Below are positions 28,201 to 38,653 of a stretch of 64,000 nucleotides of DNA, in pieces. The first letter of the stretch is position 1. Each line of letters opens with the position of its first letter. The position numbers were made by a program, and so were the translations under genes. Below the pieces are notes generated by a model. The model ran no database searches. It saw nothing but the letters and a program-made list of their open reading frames with translations, and had not been told where the DNA came from. Source of the DNA: Mytilus edulis. Lineage: Eukaryota. Where the stretch lies: the NCBI RefSeq assembly GCF_963676685.1, contig NC_092350.1:75950001-76014000 (forward strand), in the 5' to 3' direction.

Positions 28201-28570
28201 GGATGTACTTAGTTGAGGTTTAGACATGTATTTCAGATGGTCAGACTCCTGGGTCAAAGCATGTTAAACCGTTATGCTTAATAACACTAATTTTTCTTAT
28301 CATATATGAAATTTATAGCTCAAAAAGGGTCATTTACCAAATTTTAAGCAGATTCTTGATTTCATTTCTTTCAATTTGAGACCCTTATAAAACCAATGCA
28401 AATATAAGGTTAAAGTCAAAGACAGTCTGCTTCCGCCAATTGTTTAAAATTAAATATCTCGAAAAGGAGCTGCAAAAACTATCAATATTTTGAGCTTATG
28501 CTTATGATTTTCCGACTTATTGTATCTATCTTAAAATCTGTTTTTTTCTTAATTTCCCTTAAGTACATCC
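28201..28570. mobile_element. Kolobok-like MITE (mirror 36160-36531)
   Basis: TTGA|GGATGTACTTA ... TAAGTACATCC|TTAA. Confidence 0.6.
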
Positions 28571-31121
28571 TTAAGCTTTAAAATGTTTGTAATTCCCTTA
28601 CATCTTCTGAAATTTCGTTTGAATGGAGTGGCTCAATTTTATCTTTTTTATTTGTGCTTCTTTTAATTGTTTCACTTTATGTTGAATTTTTTGTTATGGC
28701 ATTGTCTATTTAATATGAATTAAGGTTTCGGGTACCTTTGTTTTCTCATATTACTCTTTGTGTATGTACAGCGTCAATGCATCGTTTAAATTATAATAAT
28801 ATCGATTCACTGACTTGTTACGAGTTAGAACACTTCTCATAACATGTCCAATTGACTCGGAATCTTATTGCATAGGGTTGTCAGTGTTCGCGCTTAAGGC
28901 TGGTTTTTCCGAAAGTAGTATGACATGTATGACTTCCTTCATATAAAAAAAGAACCGTAAGGATAAAGCCAAGAGTATTGAAAATTGTCTGAACTACCTA
29001 CAATCAATCAATCAAATCACATGAACTGTTTACGCAAAGGTATTTTGATTTTAAAAATTTAAACCGGAAAAAAGGACTTCAAAGTGCATGTATTGTTCAA
29101 GTTGCATATACCAATGATAACAAATATATATATATATATTAATGTTACTCCTGCAAACATTATTTTTCTTTTCTCGTTCAAACTTTTTGAAAATTGTTAA
29201 TAATGATATGAATATAGAATATAGAATAAGGAGATGTGGAATGATTGCAAATGGGACAATGCCGACTTTAATCATTTGATTTATTTGCATACGATATATA
29301 GCTTATCATGTGTTTAAACTATTAGTCTTTCTGATAAATTATAAGATATGACTAAACTATTAGTCTTTCTGATAAATTATAAGATACGACTAAACATATC
29401 TGGTCTTTGTTTATTTTAATTTTAGTTTCTTGTACAATTTGGAAATTAGTATGGCGTTCATTATCACTGATGATAACTGGTTCTTTATTTCCGTGATTGG
29501 ACTATCATTTACCTGTAAGAAACCATTATTTTACCTTTAGCTGTCCAATATGTTTTAAGAATTGCCCTCTTCTTTCTTAAAAATATTTGACAGCTGTAAG
29601 GTAGCATGACTGATTCCTACAGGTAAATGATAGTTCAATCACTGAAATAAAAAAAAAACACTATTAATTACCCTAATTGTTTTCATCAAGTAAAGAAAAA
29701 TACAACTAAAGAACAAATGACAATTAAAAACAACATTGTATTAAAGTCAACTCCCAATACAATAATTTTGTCACTCATCAAAACGGTCTCTTGAGGGAAA
29801 AAAACTTTCAATTGATTTTTAACACTACCAATACTTATATCACAGAAATTTTTCTTATGTTTTGGGTTGTCTCTTTTCGCACTAATTCAATAAGTTGATT
29901 ATGGTCGTTGTAAGTCTTGTTTTTTTCCCTTTGTGAATTTCTTTTTTTTTTTAAGATTTAACCTCGTCCGTCTTTCTCTTTCTTCGTTCTTGCACTAACA
30001 ATATACTTTAATCACTTTATACATTTTGAAACACAAAACACATGTAAAGATTTTCACGGATACTATGAGCGGAAAATATGATAAGTCCTTGTGCACGTGC
30101 AAATCATGATACGCATACCCTGTGTAGTATTCTTCATGTAGCAGTACCTGTTTTTTAGTTGAGCTACTGTTTAAAGGGGCCAATTGCAACATGTAGGATA
30201 AATTTTAATGTAAAGAAGTTTATTTACAAAACAATTTTCCTACTTGATGAAATTATATCTTTGCTTGCTGTTTCTTTTGTTTTACTTTTTTCGACGTGTT
30301 AAACAATGTTTTAAGTAAGATATAAGCCTCTAACAGTCGATTCTGTAAAATATTAAACAAATATTTTACAGAATGGACTGTTGTCGGCTTATATACCTGA
30401 CATAATAGTCAAACATAATATTAATCTGGTTGTTTTTTAAATTACAGTCACCTTATCTCATTTAATTACATAAACTTTCCTTCACCCCCTGATGTTGAAC
30501 ATGTATGTTCTGTTCTATAAGTAGGTACGTAGGTGCCCATATTCACAAATTTGCACCATCCTGGGATCAATTATCAAACAAATTATTTCTGTATTATGGT
30601 TTTGAGTGTTTTGTAAATATCTTACAGAAACCAACTCTTTGAATTAGAATATTTTAGTAGCACTTGATAAAACTAATAATTTTATCTAAATCAAGGACAC
30701 ACTATTACATTTCTCCAATAGCCAGTGATGTTTATTGTTCGTTCTAAAAATCAATTACTATATGAAACAAAATATAAAGTATTTCTAACGACATTTGATA
30801 TGAACAGGGGTAATGGGATTTTGATTTATTTAACATTTTGTATATTATTTTTGGAAGCACCTGCTGCTGCTTTTTGTTATGTATCATTAATTAATACAAG
30901 CGATTAATTTCTATTTTTGCAATTTAAGATTACAAAACCTTGTCCTACATTCTCGTTTTAGCTTACATAGTTGTAAATTAACATGCTTGAAATTGTTTTT
31001 CTTTAAGTAATAGCCTTATGACGATGATTTTTTTCATATGTTTTTTAGTAAACTACATGTAATGATGGTAAGAAACAGAAAAATGAAAACATCTAATAAA
31101 TAAAATGATCGAAATATTATT

Positions 31122-31362
31122 AATAAAATTGAGAATGGAAATGGAGAATGTGCCAAAGAGACAACAACCCGACCATAGAAAAAAACAACAGCAGAAGGTC
31201 ACCAACAGGTCTTCAATGTAGCGAGAAATTCCCGCACCCGGAGGCGTTCTTCAACTGGCCCCTAAACAAATATATACTAGTTCAGTGATAATGAACGCCA
31301 TACTAATTTCCAAATTGTACACAAGAAACTAAAATCAAAATAATACAAGACTAACAAAGACC
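31122..31362 (+). mobile_element. Dispersed non-autonomous (Helitron-like) repeat; other copies at ~52350-52633 and 56519-56790
   Basis: Shared sequence ataaaattgagaatggaaatgg..aaagagacaacaacccgacc..cccgcacccggaggcgt..agtgataatgaacgccatactaatttcc. The class assignment is inference. Confidence 0.75.
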
Positions 31363-31617
31363 AGATATGTTTAGTCGTATCTTATAATTTATCCGAAAGA
31401 CTAATAGTTAAGTCATATCTTATATTTAATCAGAAAGACTAATAGTTTAAACACATGATAAGCTATATATCGTATGCAAATAAATCAAATGATTAAAGTC
31501 GGCATTGTCCCATTTGCAATCATCCACATCTCCTTAATCTATATTCATATCATTATTAACAATTTTCAAAAAGTTTGAACGAGAAAAGAAAAATAATGTT
31601 TGCAGGAGTAACATTAT

Positions 31618-31678
<61 letters not shown>

Positions 31679-31760
31679 TTGCCTAACAATGTAATTTTAA
31701 CACACTATTTAGTATGTAAATATAAGAATGTTTAAAATATTTACAAAATGATGAAAATAA

Positions 31761-31799
31761 ACGCAATATTTCGCTAGACCAACTAGCTTTATCAAGCGT
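31761..31799 (-). ncRNA. Mirror copy of the minimal hammerhead ribozyme motif
   Basis: Exact reverse complement of 34488-34526. Confidence 0.7.
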
Positions 31800-32073
31800 G
31801 CATCTATCCAGGTGAAATCGGATGTAGATGATAAGAAACTTTTGCAGCTCAACGTCTGTGTTGCACTGAACTGCCTTCAAAATAAGAAAATTTTGCAGCT
31901 CAATGTATATGACCTCTTGCATTTAGCTGCTTTGAAAATAAGAAAATTTTGCAGCTCAATGTACATGTTGCACTTGGATTTAGCTACCTTAAAAAATACA
32001 TAATTGGTAGTCGAAGTTAGCAACGTCCATTGGCCAATATTACGGGATAAAAAGGACGATGCTTTGTTTTAAA

Positions 32074-33054
32074 TTATTCTTTATCTTTCCTGTATCTTTT
32101 TTCGTCTTTTTCGTTAAGACCATCAGGTTCTAAAGTGTGGAGTTGGTGGATCCAAAAGTTTTCTCTTCTCCTTCTCGCCGTGGTGTCCCATTCGGTGTTG
32201 ACTTCTATAATTTGGAAAGTGACATTATCAAAAGGATGTTTCGTTGAACGAAGATGTCTTGTGAGAGGACAGTTTTTGTTGGTTTTGTACGATGAACGAT
32301 GGTTATTGAGCCGAATATTAAATTTGTCCATTGTTTCTCCCACATACTGAATGCCACAAGTGTCACATGTTAATATATAAATTGAGTTCTCCGTTTTACA
32401 GTTGGAATTAGAGTAGATGGTATAATTTTGTTTAGTAACGGAGCTGATGAAAGAACTGCTTGTATTGGCAGCTTTACAACACAAACAATTCCTTCGACCA
32501 CATTGTTTGTAGCAACCGGGCGATGGATTAGGCTGCTTGGTTAATACAGATGTCACTAATTTGTCACGGATGTTTTTAGGTCTTCTGAAGGCCATGACTG
32601 GTGGTGAAGAAAATACTTTTTTTAGATTTAAATCATTTTCTATAATTTTCCAATGCTTATGAACAATGGATGACACATTTTTAAAATCAGGATGGTAAGT
32701 GAGTACAAGGGGTGTTCTGTTAGCTGCTTTATTCTTATCTTTGTACTCAAGAAGTTCTTGGCGACTAGTTTTGTTTGCTCTTTCGAAAGCGCTATCAATA
32801 ATGTTGTTATTGTATCCTCGAACAACTAGATGTTTACGAAGTTGTCCAAGTCTAGCATTTTTCGTATTTTCAGTAGAGCATATTCTCTTGATTCGCAATG
32901 CCTGGCTGAATGGGATACCACGGGAGCAGTGTTTAGGATGGCAACTTTTAGGAGAAAGGAATTGATGTTTGTCCGTTTGTTTGGTATGAAGGTCCGTTAT
33001 AATGGTTCCGTTCTTGATGTAACTCGTAGTATCGAGGAAGTTTATTTTCTCCAT
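32074..33054 (-). CDS. PLE RT-thumb + Cys linker + GIY-YIG endonuclease ORF (326 aa), left arm
   Basis: INFLDT..DLHTKQTDKHQFL..SCHPKH..GIPFSQALRIKRICS; CGRRNCLCC; SIYILTCDTCGIQYVGET..RLNNHR..RRRRENFWIHQLHTLEPDGLN. Confidence 0.88.
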   Translation of the reverse strand: MEKINFLDTTSYIKNGTIITDLHTKQTDKHQFLSPKSCHPKHCSRGIPFSQALRIKRICSTENTKNARLGQLRKHLVVRGYNNNIIDSAFERANKTSRQELLEYKDKNKAANRTPLVLTYHPDFKNVSSIVHKHWKIIENDLNLKKVFSSPPVMAFRRPKNIRDKLVTSVLTKQPNPSPGCYKQCGRRNCLCCKAANTSSSFISSVTKQNYTIYSNSNCKTENSIYILTCDTCGIQYVGETMDKFNIRLNNHRSSYKTNKNCPLTRHLRSTKHPFDNVTFQIIEVNTEWDTTARRRRENFWIHQLHTLEPDGLNEKDEKRYRKDKE

Positions 33055-33143
33055 AGATGATTCATATGTAAATTTTATTGAATGGTGGAAAGAGTTGCAG
33101 TGTTCTAGAAATTCATTAAGATGTTCTTGTGAATCTGTCCATT

Positions 33144-34214
33144 AAATGGACAGATTCACAAGAACATCTTAATGAATTTCTAGAACACTGCAACTCTTTC
33201 CACCATTCAATAAAATTTACATATGAATCATCTATGGAGAAAATAAACTTCCTCGATACTACGAGTTACATCAAGAACGGAACCATTATAACGGACCTTC
33301 ATACCAAACAAACGGACAAACATCAATTCCTTTCTCCTAAAAGTTGCCATCCTAAACACTGCTCCCGTGGTATCCCATTCAGCCAGGCATTGCGAATCAA
33401 GAGAATATGCTCTACTGAAAATACGAAAAATGCTAGACTTGGACAACTTCGTAAACATCTAGTTGTTCGAGGATACAATAACAACATTATTGATAGCGCT
33501 TTCGAAAGAGCAAACAAAACTAGTCGCCAAGAACTTCTTGAGTACAAAGATAAGAATAAAGCAGCTAACAGAACACCCCTTGTACTCACTTACCATCCTG
33601 ATTTTAAAAATGTGTCATCCATTGTTCATAAGCATTGGAAAATTATAGAAAATGATTTAAATCTAAAAAAAGTATTTTCTTCACCACCAGTCATGGCCTT
33701 CAGAAGACCTAAAAACATCCGTGACAAATTAGTGACATCTGTATTAACCAAGCAGCCTAATCCATCGCCCGGTTGCTACAAACAATGTGGTCGAAGGAAT
33801 TGTTTGTGTTGTAAAGCTGCCAATACAAGCAGTTCTTTCATCAGCTCCGTTACTAAACAAAATTATACCATCTACTCTAATTCCAACTGTAAAACGGAGA
33901 ACTCAATTTATATATTAACATGTGACACTTGTGGCATTCAGTATGTGGGAGAAACAATGGACAAATTTAATATTCGGCTCAATAACCATCGTTCATCGTA
34001 CAAAACCAACAAAAACTGTCCTCTCACAAGACATCTTCGTTCAACGAAACATCCTTTTGATAATGTCACTTTCCAAATTATAGAAGTCAACACCGAATGG
34101 GACACCACGGCGAGAAGGAGAAGAGAAAACTTTTGGATCCACCAACTCCACACTTTAGAACCTGATGGTCTTAACGAAAAAGACGAAAAAAGATACAGGA
34201 AAGATAAAGAATAA
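33144..34214 (+). CDS. PLE polyprotein C-terminal part (RT downstream of the catalytic DD, thumb, GIY-YIG endonuclease); first Met at 33234
   Basis: Uninterrupted frame KWTDSQEHLNEFLEHCNSFHHSIKFTYESSMEKINFLD... to stop 34214. The ORF-track N-terminus (33129-33143) is only the mirrored arm. Confidence 0.88.
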   Translation, partial: KWTDSQEHLNEFLEHCNSFHHSIKFTYESSMEKINFLDTTSYIKNGTIITDLHTKQTDKHQFLSPKSCHPKHCSRGIPFSQALRIKRICSTENTKNARLGQLRKHLVVRGYNNNIIDSAFERANKTSRQELLEYKDKNKAANRTPLVLTYHPDFKNVSSIVHKHWKIIENDLNLKKVFSSPPVMAFRRPKNIRDKLVTSVLTKQPNPSPGCYKQCGRRNCLCCKAANTSSSFISSVTKQNYTIYSNSNCKTENSIYILTCDTCGIQYVGETMDKFNIRLNNHRSSYKTNKNCPLTRHLRSTKHPFDNVTFQIIEVNTEWDTTARRRRENFWIHQLHTLEPDGLNEKDEKRYRKDKE

Positions 34215-34701
34215 TTTAAAACAAAGCATCGTCCTTTTTATCCCGTAATATTGGCCAATGGACGTTGCTAACTTCGACTACCAATTATGTATTTTTTAAG
34301 GTAGCTAAATCCAAGTGCAACATGTACATTGAGCTGCAAAATTTTCTTATTTTCAAAGCAGCTAAATGCAAGAGGTCATATACATTGAGCTGCAAAATTT
34401 TCTTATTTGAAGGCAGTTCAGTGCAACACAGACGTTGAGCTGCAAAAGTTTCTTATCATCTACATCCGATTTCACCTGGATAGATGCACGCTTGATAAAG
34501 CTAGTTGGTCTAGCGAAATATTGCGTTTATTTTCATCATTTTGTAAATATTTTAAACATTCTTATATTTACATACTAAATAGTGTGTTAAAATTACATTG
34601 TTAGGCAATCTATAATTTTATTTGTGTAATTGAATTAATCTCTGTACTGATTAATCCACACTCGTATAGATTTGTATGTCATGTGCTGCTATTTATAGGC
34701 A

Positions 34702-34703
<2 letters not shown>
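33145..34703 (+). mobile_element. Penelope-like element (Neptune-type), 5'-truncated, right hairpin arm with the longer 3' end
   Basis: ORF, then a 3' region with three ~60-bp imperfect repeats and a hammerhead motif, ending at (TA)n 34704-34751. Confidence 0.92.
34488..34526 (+). ncRNA. Minimal type-I hammerhead ribozyme motif, variant U3/A8 core
   Basis: Stem I ACGC, core TTGATAA plus an extra A, stem II GCTAG-ttggt-CTAGC, GAAA, palindromic mini stem III (ATAT), T17, stem I' GCGT. It lies in the PLE 3' region where such motifs are expected. Confidence 0.7.
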
Positions 34704-34751
<48 letters not shown>

Positions 34752-34753
<2 letters not shown>

Positions 34754-35139
34754 ACTCGTCTAAACATCAACCCAACAATGTTAGATCTGTAAATTTGCTT
34801 TCGCAAATTTTTGGTTCTTCCCTCGCCGGGATTCGAACCCATGCTACTGTGATATCGTGATACCAAATCGCCTGCACTGCAGCCGTCCCGCTAGACCACA
34901 CGACCACCTAGGCTCTCATAAAAAGAGCTTTCGCTGGCCGTGTGTTACCTTTCCACGTCAGTTTTAATCTAGCGGCGTACTACAGTACATGATATATAAG
35001 GCATGAAGATGTTATTGTTACAGATCAGCTAAATTATCTATAGTAAAGGATCCTACAAATTAATGTAATATACAGTCACAGAAAATAATTATATTTATAA
35101 GTACGTCTGAGTCAGTGACAACTCTACAACAGATGTATC
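34752..35139 (-). mobile_element. (TA)n-flanked repeat with a tRNA-derived core (34818-34913)
   Basis: The minus strand reads GCCTAGGTGGTCGTGTGGTCTAGCG...GGGTTCGAATCCCGGCGAGGG with Pol III A and B boxes but no proper cloverleaf. (TA)n lies on both sides, and the element is absent from the left arm. Confidence 0.7.
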
Positions 35140-38100
35140 TATATATATATATTTTTTATCATTGGTATATGCAACTTGAACAATACAGGCACTTTGAAGT
35201 CCTTTTTTCCGGTTTAAATTTTTAAAATGAAAATACCTTTGCGTAAACAGTATTTTATCTATTCACATTCAAGGTTTTGGAAAATGTTTGATACTGATTT
35301 CAATACAAAATAAGGAGATATGGAATGACTGCAGATTATACAATTTTCAAGCATCCTTCAAATGAAGTGGATTTAAGAAAATATAAGTCACTTCATTACC
35401 TTCGACAATGACTAAAACTCATACCATTCAGTCAACTATAAATGTTTCAACAGGACAAAATCATTTTTACAATTCCAGCGAAAATAACAATGGCTTGATG
35501 CATGACACACAATAAAAAACACAATTATTACAGACGGCAACCAACACCAATGATTGAATCACAGACATATTTTTATATATAATTAGTCTTGCTTTGGCGT
35601 GTTAAGTGAACCTAGCCCTCAAATAACCTGGGACATAGAATTGATAACACAACATAAGAATAAACTGACAACATGGTCCATGTCCAACACTTATGTTCAT
35701 GTGATTTGATTGATTGATTGTAGGTAGTTCAGACAATTTTCAATACTCTTGGCTTTATCCTTACGGTTCTTTTCTTTATATGAAGGAAGTCATACATGTC
35801 ATACTACTTTCGGAAAAACCAGCCTTAGGCGCGAACAATGACAACCCTATTCAATAAGATTCCGAGTCAATTGGACATGTTATGAGACGTGTTCTAACTC
35901 GTAACAAGTCAGTGAATCGATATTATTATAATTTAAACGATGCATTGACGCTGTACATACACAAAGAGTAATATGAGAAAACAAAGGTACCCGAAACCTA
36001 AATTCATATTAAATAGACAATGCCATAACAAAAAATTCAACATAAAGTGAAACAATTAAAAGAAGCACAAATAAAAAATATAAAATTGAGCCACTCCATT
36101 CAAACGAAATTTCATAAGATGTAAGGGGAAGTCACAATAACAAACATTTTAAAGCTTAAGGATGTACTTAAGGGAAATTAAGAAAAAAAAACAGATTTTA
36201 AGATAGATACAATAAGTCGGAAAATCATAAGCATAAGCTCAAAATATTGATAGTTTTTGCAGTTCCTTTTCGAGATATTTAATTTTAAACAATTGGCGGA
36301 AGCAGACTGTCTTTGACTTTAACCTTATATTTGCATTGGTTTTATAAGGGTCTCAAATTGAAAGAAATGAAATCAAGAATCTGCTTAAAATTTGGTAAAT
36401 GACCCTTTTTGAGCTATAAATTTCATATATGATAAGAAAAATTAGTGTTATTAAGCAAAACGGTTTAACATGCTTTGACCAAGGAGTCTGACCATCTGAA
36501 ATACATGTATAAACCTCAACTAAGTACATCCTCAACATCTATGAATACTTCAATACCCAGGGAAAACCCTGACCGAACGGCCATATGCAAAATGACGTAT
36601 GGCAAGGTCAACTTCGTCAAACGGAGATAGTATCTTAGTTTCTTAAAACATTTAAAAACTAACTTTAAAAATATCAAATTAAGTTTTAGAGAGGTAAATG
36701 GTAGTTAAAAGATGGTAATAGAAAAGCACTAGGTATTTTTTAAATGAATTGTTTATAAAATGATTTCATACGTACTTGAATGGATATCAATATTTCGTTA
36801 TTAATCATTCTTGCAAATTGTTAAGTAATTAAAAAAATATGAAATCATTAATGCGACTTTTTCAGTTATCATTTACAAACGACCAAAAGATAAAAAAAAA
36901 AAACTGCTTTCCTCTCCTGCACAACCCGTTCCAGTCTCAGATCCGGCTAATTTGTTAAATGTTATACGTCTACTTTTGTTTAATGTAGTGCGTTTTGATT
37001 TTCTTGAGCTTATGTTTTTATTACCCCTTGCTCTTTTTTAAACATTTTAAAACATTCTCACGGAAAGTAGTTTTCTATACACCCTCACTAACACACTTGT
37101 TATTCTTGTTTGTAGTAGTTTTTCCTGTTAATGGCTCGTGTTGTCCGATTTCTAATTATTGTGTACTGGTTCGTCGACAATAGTTTGATATTGTGTGTTA
37201 ACTTATGTGTTTTCTATCTTTCGGCGTGAATTCAATTCCAATTTCAAGATCAACGATTTTCAGTTTGTCAAATTCATATTGTTAGTTCACCGACGCATTC
37301 AATTGCTTTCTGGTGGGTTTCAGTTAATTTAACATAGCTTCTTGTTAATTTTGGTTTCATTATTAACGGGCTTTAACGTCTTAAATTGAATAAGTATATA
37401 AAGCAAGGTGATTTCCATAGTACATTATAACTTAACCTACAACTTTGTTACTCAAGGACGGAAACTTACCTTACTTACTTACAGTTTGCAATGGCTTGTT
37501 TAAGCTACAAAGGTAATAATATTAAGAAAAACAAATCATAAATCTAAATCACTTTGCGTATTAGACAAAAATGAAAGTTGCTTTTTTGTACTTTATTTAA
37601 AGTTTACGGCGATGACATCGCTTAGGACCACATATCCTCATACCACTGTACGTTCACATCTTGTTTTGTTTTATGGCGAAGGTAAGTCTCGTTCGTGTTA
37701 TTTCGAAGACGAGTCAACTCCACTGATAAGGTTTATGTTTCTGTTAAAAATTTTGTGTGAGAGAAATTTTATACTTCATGGAACATTTGTTTTCATGAAA
37801 ACTCAATAAATATTAAAACAATGTTTTGAAAGACTTCTTCTATGTGCATTGAACATCAACTGAATTTATCAAAATAGAAAGTTCTTATATTTATTTCATT
37901 AACAGATTAATTAATGGCAACGCTCAATGTAATCATAATTTGCAGAAATTTATGTATTCTCCTTTGTTTTTCATTTAATATTATATAGCCAATACTGAAC
38001 TGTAATTCGCTATTGTGTGATACCTTATCTCTTGGTATAGTTTACCGCGTTTCATAGAAGTAACACGTGGGTCGTTCTATATGGAGCAGGAACTGTTTAG

Positions 38101-38653
38101 CCTTCCGGAGCACTTGTGATCGTTCCGGTTATTAGTTTGGATCCGGTTGCTCGACTTTAGTTTGCTACGCTTTTCCGTATTTTTTTTTTTGCCATGGCAT
38201 GTCTTTATCAGTTTGTTTTCGAATCATGCATTTGGGTGATTAGGGACTTTCCGTTTTGAATTTTCCTCGGAGTTCAGTATTTTTGTGATTTTACTTTTTG
38301 GTTTAACCATAGGAATGCAGATTGCCTACAGAAAGCAATGTAGCATCCAACAAAAATAGTTTGTCAGTATAAAAAGTTACCATTTTGATATGTATACTTG
38401 ATATGTGGCTGACATTTTCGAGTCTTTAGAATACCACATATCAGAAAAAATTGACATCTATAGTGTTGATTAGTTAGCAGAAATGCAGAAATTTACATGA
38501 TATTATTTTGATCAAGGTTCATTAGATAGTAGAAATGCAAACATTAAAATGATATAATATCGATCAATTAACTTTAGCTGTAACGTAAAAACTGTAAAAA
38601 TATAAAAATATAAAAATATTGTGTCCATGCTTTGTATTAATATTGGTGAAAAA

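Larger units (their letters stand above)
17588..29470. repeat. Left arm of a ~12-kb inverted duplication (reverse complement of ~31282-47130)
   Basis: Mirror ORF pairs throughout (e.g. 20372-20572/43978-44178, 25865-26125/38621-38881). Near-identical by eye, with scattered SNPs and indels. Confidence 0.95.
31673..33143 (-). mobile_element. Penelope-like element (Neptune-type), 5'-truncated, left hairpin arm
   Basis: Reverse complement of 33145-34614 (one 1-bp indel seen), abutting (TA)n at 31621-31676. Confidence 0.92.

Noticed and set aside
33129-33143. N-terminus 'MNLSI' of the 361-aa ORF
   Set aside because: It starts at a GTG lying in the mirrored arm and is not part of the element's reading frame.
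32135-34153. Short overlapping ORFs (61-88 aa) within the PLE
   Set aside because: They are antisense or off-frame shadows, duplicated only because of the hairpin.
34818-34913. Functional tRNA gene
   Set aside because: A and B boxes are present, but the acceptor and anticodon stems do not pair properly, and it sits inside a repeat.
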